Positions 25,284-32,000 of a stretch of DNA of 32,000 nt are shown piece after piece. Made by a program: the position numbers and the translations under genes. The DNA lies in assembly GCA_016699935.1 (NCBI GenBank), contig CP064992.1:420001-452000 (forward strand). The letters run 5' to 3'. The stretch comes from Candidatus Saccharimonadota bacterium (GTDB taxonomy: Bacteria > Patescibacteriota > Saccharimonadia > Saccharimonadales > UBA4665). The notes beneath the pieces were generated by a model, which made no database searches, was not told the origin of the DNA, and was given only the letters and a program-made list of their open reading frames with translations. Each line of letters begins with the position of its first letter. Within the stretch, counting starts at the first letter, position 1.

Positions 25284-25643
25284 ATGAGAGATACCCAGCG
25301 CAAAGGAGATATAGCGGTTGCCGTTGCTATCGCGAGCTTTACCAAACTCGGATATGATATATCGCTGCCAATTACCGAATCGGCCGCCTATGATTTAGTA
25401 GTGGATGATCAGCGGGGTCTACATCGAGTTCAGGTGCGATTTACAAGTGGTATTGAAGTAGATTTGCGTAGAATTCATTCAAATTCGAAGGGTTATGTTG
25501 TACGAAAAACGAAAGAGAAGGCGTATGATTGGCTCTATATACTAAAAAGTAATTCAGATGAATATCTGATAAAACAATGTCTTGATAATCGCCGTTCGAT
25601 TCGTCCTAATACAACCCAGCTGCTACAAAATGTAGTACAATAG
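25284..25643 (+). CDS. Small PD-(D/E)XK-fold nuclease-like protein (I-Ssp6803I / group-I-intron-endonuclease-like family)
   Basis: 119 aa. The pattern KGDIAVAVAIASFTKLGYDISLPITESAAYDLVVDDQRGLHRVQVRFT matches the family layout (helix, G-Y-x-V/I, P..E..YDL, then QV[K]), but with Arg in place of the usual Lys. Confidence 0.55.
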   Translation: MRDTQRKGDIAVAVAIASFTKLGYDISLPITESAAYDLVVDDQRGLHRVQVRFTSGIEVDLRRIHSNSKGYVVRKTKEKAYDWLYILKSNSDEYLIKQCLDNRRSIRPNTTQLLQNVVQ

Positions 25644-25648
25644 CGCTT

Positions 25649-26377
25649 ATGCAAGAGCAGCAACCAGGACAGGTCATTACGCCAGGCACCCCTACCCCCC
25701 AGCCGGTGGCACAACCTGCACCGCCTGAAGCGCCAGCGCCAGTTCAGCAACAGGAAGTGCTTGTCTCGCAACCTATACCACAACCTATCCAGCAACCCGC
25801 TGTATCAACTGAGCCCGCACCACAGAGCCCCTTGACTGAACAACCACTAGCTCCCTTGGCACCAGCTTCAAATGACAATGCGCAGCCTGCTGATCAGGCG
25901 CCACAAAATAACCCGGAAGACATGGCGGGGGAAATAACTTGGACGGCGGCAGAATACCTTCACCACGAAAAAAACTCCACGTGGTACGGCGCTTATGCAC
26001 TGGGCGCAATTTTGCTAGGCGGCGCAATCTTCTTTATTACCAGAGACGCTATTTCCACAGCGGTTGTTATAGGGGCTGTAGGTGGCTTGCTGTTTATTTC
26101 ATCACGCGAACCAAAGCAACAGGGCTACACACTGCAGGAAGAGTTTATCCAGGTCGGTAAAAAGCTGTATAGCCTTCGTGATTTTAAGGCGTTTTCGGTC
26201 GACGAAGAGTCACCGGTGCTTGGGGTAACGCTCGCGCCACTGAAACGGTTCATGCCACCGGTTGTGCTATATATTGATGAAGCCCACGAAGAAGCTGTTG
26301 TTGACTACATAGCCAACTTCTTGCCCATTGAGCCACACAAGGTTGATGCTATGGATAGTCTCCTTCTGCGATTCTAA
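25649..26377 (+). CDS. Hypothetical membrane protein: Pro/Gln-rich N-terminus, two TM helices, ~90-aa C-terminal domain
   Basis: 242-aa ORF. The N-terminal ~95 aa are P/Q/A-rich. TM pair: WYGAYALGAILLGGAIFFI and AISTAVVIGAVGGLLFI. No family recognised. Confidence 0.6.
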   Translation: MQEQQPGQVITPGTPTPQPVAQPAPPEAPAPVQQQEVLVSQPIPQPIQQPAVSTEPAPQSPLTEQPLAPLAPASNDNAQPADQAPQNNPEDMAGEITWTAAEYLHHEKNSTWYGAYALGAILLGGAIFFITRDAISTAVVIGAVGGLLFISSREPKQQGYTLQEEFIQVGKKLYSLRDFKAFSVDEESPVLGVTLAPLKRFMPPVVLYIDEAHEEAVVDYIANFLPIEPHKVDAMDSLLLRF

Positions 26378-26499
26378 GAGCTAATCCACATCTATCTGTT
26401 TTCGAAAATCAAGCATAACCAAAACTAGCAATCCAAAGTATATTGCATTTTTGCAACAAATCTGCTATCGTACACCTATAACATATTGAGGTAAGGCGT

Positions 26500-27019
26500 A
26501 TGTACGAACAAAACAGAGTGTCAGTTGTCGGACGAATATTGTGGTTTCTCGTATCGTTGCTTATTTTGGCAGCGCTTGTTTGGCTTGTACTATGGCTTCT
26601 TTTTGGCGGAGCCCAAAGGTTGATAAGGTTGTCGATACGGCAAAAACACGACCCAGACAACAGCACAGTCAGGCTCGAACGCTATAGAAGATGCCATCAG
26701 TAGCCCTACAAACAAACAGTCGAAACAATCGACCGACACGAACGCAACGAGCGTCACAACGGCTACTGGCGCAACGCAAACACCAGCTCAGACACCATCG
26801 ACAAGCAGCACAACAACTTCTACAACTTCATCGACTTCATCGACTCCAGCAACCACTTCCTCGACTGGTCAGACGAGCTCAACTTCTACCCAAGTACCAG
26901 CTACTGCAACACAGCTCGCCAACACCGGCTCTGGTGACGCCATCCTCCCCGTTGTAGCAATCGCCCTTGGTGCAACGACTTACTATCACATTCGTCTCCG
27001 CCGCAAAGTTTCGGCCTAG
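26500..27019 (+). CDS. Ser/Thr-rich cell-surface protein with a C-terminal LPXTG-like (LANTG) sortase sorting signal, reading frame broken twice
   Basis: ORF 26500..26703 supplies MYEQNRVSVVGRILWFLVSLLILAALVWLVLWLLF. After +1 base at T5 26600..26604 and +1 at A5 26642..26646 the frame reads ...WRSPKVDKVVDTAK-NTTQTTAQSG...TSSTTTSTTSSTSSTPATTSSTGQTSSTSTQVPATATQ-LANTG-SGDAILPVVAIALGATTYYHI-RLRRKVSA, with the stop at 27017..27019. GAGG RBS lies upstream of 26500. Confidence 0.6.
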
Positions 27020-27106
27020 TCACAAAGTACTTTAACTTTGAGCCGAACGATTTGTTACGGCGCCGAAAGGGCTACTGCGTATGTAGTTGTGCTCGTAGCT
27101 AGCTAA

Positions 27107-27164
27107 TGCGCGCGTCTCCTTGGCGTCCGCCCCTACTTCGTAGGTTCTCGCATGCTGGCGCATG
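27107..27164. repeat. Copy 1 of a 58/59-nt direct repeat (non-coding)
   Basis: tgcgcgcgtctccttggcgtccgcccctacttcgtaggttctcgcatgctggcgcatg. It is identical to 27267..27325 except for one extra base in the tctc tract. It contains an internal hairpin cctac-ttc-gtagg. Confidence 0.8.
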
Positions 27165-27266
27165 CTACCAGTAAAAAGCCAGTCTCTAGGACTGACTCTT
27201 TTCTTGGTACACCCAGGCAGGATGGTTGCTATGCAACGCGCAGTCGCCGTGCTCGAACAAGGTTCC

Positions 27267-27325
27267 TGCGCGCGTCTCTCTTGGCGTCCGCCCCTACTTC
27301 GTAGGTTCTCGCATGCTGGCGCATG
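27267..27325. repeat. Copy 2 of the 58/59-nt direct repeat
   Basis: Same sequence as 27107..27164. Each copy is followed by a terminator-like hairpin (27173..27201 and 27330..27365) and then the 9-mer tggtacacc (27205..27213 and 27364..27372). The repeat period is about 160 nt. Confidence 0.8.
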
Positions 27326-27363
27326 TTGTCACATAAAAAGGCCAGACAAGCTGACCTTTTATG

Positions 27364-27438
27364 TGGTACACCAACAGCTTCGAACCTACGACCTTTGGCT
27401 CCGCAAGCCAACGCTCTATCCAGCTGAGCTACGGGTGC
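27364..27438 (-). pseudogene. tRNA-Arg(GCG)-like gene with non-canonical 3' portion (possible tRNA pseudogene or chimera)
   Basis: The minus strand reads GCACCCGTAGCTCAGCTGGATAGAGCGTTGGCTTGCGGAGCCAAAGGTCGTAGGTTCGAA, a textbook tRNA-Arg from position 1 to the T-loop. The following GCTGTTGGTGTACCA cannot form the T-stem (CCTAC is needed) and pairs only partly with the acceptor 5' strand. Confidence 0.45.
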
Positions 27439-27674
27439 TCGTTTATGAGACAAAACCTACGGTTTTTCTCATCGCGCCGGGCGAAAAATGTGATTTTCGC
27501 TCGGGCTGCTCTTTTTCCCTCTTCGCGACCAGAGGTCGCTTACGGAACTGCAATCCAAGGAGCAAGGCGACTGAATGCGGTTCCGAGAGGAGGAACATAG
27601 GCTTAGGTCGAAGCTTTTGCCGCTTTTTATGTGGCAAAACGAGACTTTGCCGAAAGTTCCGACGAACAGGGGTG

Positions 27675-27703
27675 ATTGTAGCATATTTTTTGTACGGTGC
27701 CTA
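27675..27703 (-). promoter_or_regulatory. Candidate extended -10 promoter firing leftward into the non-coding region and tRNA-Arg-like gene
   Basis: The minus strand reads TAGGCA (27703..27698), a 17-nt spacer, then TGc-TACAAT (-10 at 27680..27675). Confidence 0.4.
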
Positions 27704-27724
27704 GCCTAAATACACTGTTTCATC

Positions 27725-27733
27725 TGTTACAAT
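27725..27733 (+). promoter_or_regulatory. Candidate extended -10 promoter for tRNA-Ser(CGA)
   Basis: TGtTACAAT at 27725..27733, 10 nt upstream of the tRNA 5' end. The -35 region is weak. Confidence 0.4.
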
Positions 27734-27743
27734 ATCTTAAGAC

Positions 27744-27835
27744 GGAGGAGTCGCATAGTCCGGTCTAGTGCGCTGCACTCGAAATGCAGTATAGGGGCAA
27801 CTCTATCGCGAGTTCGAATCTCGCCTCCTCCGCCA
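27744..27835 (+). tRNA. tRNA-Ser (anticodon CGA), CCA encoded
   Basis: GGAGGAGTCGCATAGTCCGGTCTAGTGCGCTGCACTCGAAATGCAG...GCGAGTTCGAATCTCGCCTCCTCCGCCA. Anticodon stem-loop is CTGCA/CTCGAAA/TGCAG, with a long variable arm. The acceptor GGAGGAG/CTCCTCC pairs perfectly. Confidence 0.85.
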
Positions 27836-27976
27836 TATCAGATGTCGTAAATTAAACACACTTCTCTCTGTTCAATATGCAATGTAGGGTTGCATCGGCA
27901 ATATCTATCTGGTAGATTAATTGCAAACATGGAGAAACAACTCATCAAAACACGTACTCAAAACATGCGCGCTAGT

Positions 27977-27999
27977 CGTTCCGAAAGGAACGTTTTTTT
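27977..27999 (+). terminator. Intrinsic terminator (GAAA tetraloop hairpin plus T7) inside the tRNA-Ser / carA intergenic region
   Basis: cgttcc-gaaa-ggaacg followed by ttttttt. It lies 140 nt after tRNA-Ser(CGA) and 172 nt before the carA ATG. Confidence 0.7.
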
Positions 28000-28171
28000 A
28001 ATCAAAATTATCGTACCAGCCGGCCTACCGTCCAGCATCGCTGGCTTACTATCACCCCACGAAACTGGTTTCTTGGGGACCCCGTTCTTCGGCTCCCGGA
28101 CATGTTTTCTTTCAGTACTCTCTCGCTTTACCTCGGTACAGCCCCCTCCGTGCCTCAAGGAGAACATGCAC

Positions 28172-29318
28172 ATGAGCTCAAAGTACGAAAATTTTTCAAA
28201 CTTTATACCAGGCAGGTTAACTCTGAGCGATGGAATGGTTTTCGAGGGGATGATGCCACAGTGGCAAAACGAAAATCGAGACGGTGAAGTCGTGTTTAGC
28301 ACGGGCATGACTGGTTACGTCGAGTCTCTGACAGACCCATCGTTTGCTGGGCAAATACTTGTCTTCACCTATCCACTGATAGGCAATTACGGCGTTACCC
28401 TGGCCGCCGCCGAATCAGATCGCATACAGGTGCGCGGTGTTATTATGAGTGATCTCGCACCGCACTGGAGCCATGCGGGCGGTCAACTGTCGCTACCAGA
28501 ATGGCTACAGAGTGAAGGCGTTCCCCTGCTTGCAGGGGTTGATACACGCACTCACCAAGTACCTACGGACGCGGGGTGTTATGGCGGGTTCCATCAGTGC
28601 GGCGGCCGTCAAGGCACCCAAATCTGTCAGAATCCCCATCATTTCTATCCCAGAGCCGATTGTCTACAACGCTGGTCCAGGCAAGAAAAAGGTTATTTTG
28701 GTCGACTGTGGGCTCAAAGAAAACATCTTGCGTTCGCTGCTCGCGCTCGACCTCGAAGTGAAACGTGTCCCATATAATTATGACTTCTCAGGTGAAAAAT
28801 ATGATGGCGTCGTACTTTCTAGCGGCCCTGGCGATCCGGCCGATTACACCGAAACTATTGCCATAACTAAAAAGTGCTCGCCGGCACCCAAGCCACTCCT
28901 CGGCATCTGCCTTGGTAACCAGATTATGGCTCTCGCTTCGGGCGGGACAACCTACAAGCTCAAGTTTGGCCACCGAGGACATAACCAGCCCTGCCAAGAG
29001 GCCGCCACGAAACACTGTGTTATCACCAGTCAAAACCACGGCTACGCCATAGACGAGAAAACTCTGCCCAAACAATGGCGTGTCAGCTATCGTAATCTCA
29101 ATGACAACTCAGTTGAAGGTATCGAGCACAAAACGAAGCCGTTTTTCTCGGTGCAATTTCACCCAGAAGCCTGCCCTGGTCCGACCGACTCGGGCGATTT
29201 GTTTGCAAAAAGTTTGGAGCAATGCTATGAACGCTATCAAAAGGGTTGTTGTTTTGGGGTCGGGGGCTTGCGCATCGGTCAGGCAGGCGAATTTGACTAC
29301 TCGGTTCGCAGGCCATAA
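28172..29318 (+). CDS. carA: Carbamoyl-phosphate synthase small (glutamine amidotransferase) subunit, reading frame broken at least once, 3' end uncertain
   Basis: The ATG at 28172 (MSSKYENF...) has AAGGAG 9 nt upstream. N-domain: GEVVFSTGMTGYVESLTDPSFAGQILVFTYPLIGNYG and LLAGVDTR. GATase triad region: LLGICLGNQIMALA and FSVQFHPEA. ORFs 27890..28777 and 28449..29318 join near 28547..28552 (VDTR-x-LTKYLRTRG). The assembled frame runs into carB, so the true stop is unclear (possibly ~29230 or ~29300). Confidence 0.8.
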
Positions 29319-32000
29319 AGTCGTTCAAGGAAGAGGGCATTGAAACGGTGCTTATAAACCCCAATATTGCCACTGTCCAAACCGACGATGACATGGCCGA
29401 CCGCGTTTATTTTCAGCCGCTCAATGTCGAAACGGTGAGCAAGATTCTTGCCCGCGAAAAACCAGATGCAATCGCACTTAGTTTCGGTGGCCAAACGGCC
29501 TTAAATCTGGGTCTAGAGCTGGAGCGCAGCGGGATTTTGAAAAAACTGGGTATTCGAGTGCTAGGTACTCCAGTGAAAGTCATTGAAACCACCGAAGACC
29601 GTGAGCTATTCAAACAGGCATTGGCCAAAATAGGCACAAAAACTGCGCGTAGCTTCACGGCCGGAACGGTCGAGGCGGCACTCGCAGCAGCTAAAACACT
29701 TGGGTATCCGGTGATGATGCGTTCGGGCTTTAGCCTGGGCGGACTTGGTTCTGGTCGTATTGATTCGCCTTCACAGCTCAAAACCCGCGTCAAGGAAGTG
29801 CTGGCGGCTGTAACACAGGTGCTGATAGAGGAATATCTGGTTGGCTGGAAAGAAGTGGAATACGAAGTCGTGCGCGACTGCGATGGCAACACCATTACCG
29901 TCTGTAACATGGAAAACTTTGATCCCATGGGTGTGCATACCGGCGAAAGTATCGTGGTGGCGCCCTCACAGACGCTTACGAATTACGAGTACCATATGTT
30001 GCGCGAAGTGGCGATACGCACCATAAATCACCTTGGTATCATCGGTGAATGCAACATTCAGTACGCGCTGCACCCGTCTAGTGGCGAGTACCGCGTCATA
30101 GAGGTGAACGCTCGGCTGAGTCGCTCGAGCGCGCTTGCCTCTAAGGCTACCGGCTATCCGCTGGCATTCGTAGCCTCCAAGCTCATGCTGGGCAAGCGCT
30201 TGTACGAGATTAAAAATACCGTCACTGGTAAAACCTCTGCTTTCTACGAACCAGCGCTGGATTATCTGGCCGTGAAAATGCCACGCTGGGATTTGCAAAA
30301 ACTCAAAAGCAGCGACCATCACATCGGTTCCGAAATGAAAAGCGTTGGTGAAGTGATGGCTCTCGGGCGTTCATTCCCTGAGGCGCTGCAGAAAGCAACG
30401 CGGATGCTCAACATTGGGGCGAACGGCTTGAGCATACATGCACACGATATTTCGAACCCTATGGACGAGATTGCTCATCCGACCGACCGCCGCCTGTTTG
30501 CAATTTATGAGGCGCTGAAACAAGGGGTTACGGCAGATGAAATCCACCAGGCTTCCCATATAGACCGCTGGTTTCTTGACCACATCGTAGCCATATATAA
30601 CACCGAGCAGCAGCTAAAAGAGCACCGGCTTGATGCGGCTCGCTTGCAGCATGCCAAAAATGGGTTTCAGCGACACTGTAATCGGTATGCTGACAAGCCA
30701 GACCGAACAGCAAATTCGGAATAAACGTATTAAATACGGTATTACGCCGGTCATCAAACAAATTGATACTTTGGCAGGTGAATTCGACGCTGAGACGAAC
30801 TACCTGTATGCGACTTACCACGGCACACAACACGACATAGTACCGCTAAGTAAAAACAGCAATTGTAATTGGCTCTGGGCCATATTCGATTGGTTCTTCG
30901 GTTGAATTCGACTGGTCTGCGGTCAACACCGCCAAGACGCTACATCAAAACAAGTACAGCACTATTATCGTAAACTCTAACCCAGAAACAGTATCTACCG
31001 ATTTTGATCGGTCCGATCGACTGTACTTTGACGAACTAACCCTAGAGCGAATCCAGGATATTGCCGATTTTGAGCAGCCCAAGGGCATAGTTGTCTCCGT
31101 TGGTGGCCAAATTGCCAATAACCTTGCCCTGCCCTTGCACAAAGCCGGCTATCCAATAATGGGTACTTCACCACTCAAAATTGACATGGCCGAAGATCGG
31201 CAGAAATTCTCGGCAATGCTAGGGCGTCTCGGCATCGATCAGCCAACCTGGACTGAGGTGACCTCCCTGTCAGCTGCCAAAAAGTTTGCCAAGAAAGTTG
31301 GCTATCCTGTGCTGATTCGTCCATCGTATGTACTGTCTGGCGGTGCGATGAGTGTGGTTCGCACTGAGCCAGAGATGGAGCATTACCTAACAGCTGCTAC
31401 TAAACTTTCGCCCAATCACCCTACGGTTATTTCCCAATTCGTTCAGAATGCCAAAGAGTTGGAAATAGACGGTGTTGCACTAAATGGGCATCTTGTCATC
31501 TACGCTATATCTGAACACATCGAAAATGCTGGGGTACACTCGGGCGATGCCACGGTGGTCTACCCCGCCCAGCGGCTATATCTGGAAACCGTGCGTCGTG
31601 CCAAGTTAATTGCTAAGCAAGTTGCGAAAAATCTCGATATCACGGGGCCGTTCAACATCCAGTTCATCGCCAAAGACAATGACCTCAAAGTTATCGAGTG
31701 CAATGTGCGAGCCTCTCGCTCTTTCCCCTTCGTGTCGAAAGTGTCAGGCTACAACTTCATCCAGATAGCCACTGAAGCCATGCTCGGCCAGGAGCACCCA
31801 GAAATATACCTGACGCTGAGTCTAGATCATGTCGGCGTAAAGACACCGCAGTTCTCCTACAACCGTATGAAGGGAGCTGACCCTGTAGCGGGCGTGGAGA
31901 TGGCTTCCACGGGCGAAGTAGCATGCTTTGGTTCAGAAATAGAAACGGCGTTTTACCGTTCGTGGCTTGCCACCGAGCAACGCATAGGTGGCAAGCGGGT
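29227..32000 (+). CDS. carB: Carbamoyl-phosphate synthase large subunit (partial, continues beyond window), reading frame broken four times
   Basis: [54 protein letters not shown]... The two ATP-grasp halves are SIVVAPSQTL...IQYAL...YRVIEVNARLSRSSALASKATGYPLA and GDATVVYPAQRL...NIQFIAKDNDLKVIECNVRASRSFPFVSKVSG. Frame joins fall at G5 29262..29266, GG 29303..29304, A5 30656..30660 and A5 30852..30856. Confidence 0.85.

Noticed and set aside
26691-26957. The 88-aa ORF rich in Arg/Gln/Leu/His (MPSVALQTNSRNNRPTRTQ...)
   Set aside because: It is the wrong reading frame of the Ser/Thr-rich LANTG protein. The alternative frame gives a complete sorting signal and connects to the upstream signal-anchor ORF.
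27107-27325. The two 58/59-nt direct repeats as a CRISPR array
   Set aside because: There are only two copies, the repeats are too long, and the ~102-nt spacer contains its own hairpin and shares a 9-mer with the region after copy 2. No cas genes are nearby.
27440-27700. tmRNA, RNase P RNA, SRP RNA or 6S RNA in the 235-nt region upstream of the tRNA-Arg-like gene
   Set aside because: I searched by eye for the hallmark motifs: GGGG...TTCGAC plus a tRNA-like 3' end for tmRNA, GGAAAGTCCGG and ACAGAA..CGGCTTA for RNase P, and GGAAGCAGCC with a GGAA loop for SRP. I found only poor partial matches, for example GCCGAAAGTTCCGAC at 27640-27654. The evidence is not enough for a call.
27162-27704. The 180-aa plus-strand ORF, and the minus-strand ORFs 27229-27453, 27443-27637 and 27469-27684, as coding genes
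   Set aside because: They run through a tRNA-like sequence, repeats and terminator hairpins. Their products are Arg/Cys/Leu-rich and low in complexity, and they lack an RBS. The region is better explained as non-coding RNA or repeat DNA.
223-30856. Interpreting the many split ORFs (jag, rpmH, dnaN, recF, virB4, carAB and others) as genuine pseudogenes of a decaying genome
   Set aside because: Every break sits at a short homopolymer or simple repeat. The protein continues perfectly in the adjacent frame, and no other damage is visible. Indispensable genes (L34, beta clamp) are affected. Sequencing or assembly indels are the simpler explanation, though only reads can prove it.
1-32000. Alternative genetic code (UGA as Gly or Trp, as in some CPR lineages or Mollicutes)
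   Set aside because: TGA ends well-defined genes exactly at operon junctions (ATGA at 10800-10803 and 21676-21679; GTGA at 9062-9065, 18434-18437 and 21972-21975). Conserved proteins such as DnaA, YidC and RnpA contain no in-frame TGA.

Overview
This window is the replication-origin region of a small, monoderm chromosome that looks like Patescibacteria/CPR, possibly Saccharibacteria. The taxon is inferred only from gene content and protein motifs. Genetic code 11 applies, because TGA works as a stop in ATGA and GTGA gene junctions. Left end: jag-yidC-rnpA-rpmH on the minus strand face dnaA-dnaN-recF on the plus strand, with DnaA-box clusters on both sides of dnaA. Centre (6.3-23.4 kb): a Gram-positive-type type IV secretion / pilus locus. 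It has 11 co-directional minus-strand genes: a VirB4 ATPase, a VirB4-N-like protein, a PrgI/VirB3-like protein, a VirB6/TrbL-like protein, two M23-type wall hydrolases and several proteins of unknown family. A divergent plus-strand operon holds five tandem T4SS-pilin paralogues. No relaxase, coupling protein or integrase is visible. Right end: hsp20, comFC, three tRNA-Ser genes, a PD-(D/E)XK nuclease, a Pro/Gln-rich membrane protein and a Ser/Thr-rich protein with a LANTG sorting signal. These are followed by about 0.7 kb of structured non-coding DNA holding an aberrant tRNA-Arg-like gene and two 58/59-nt repeats, then carA and carB, which runs off the window. About 19 reading-frame breaks occur, almost all at 4-6 nt homopolymers, and they hit essential genes such as rpmH and dnaN. 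I therefore merged the split ORFs of the track into single genes and treat the breaks as probable assembly indels, not real pseudogenes.
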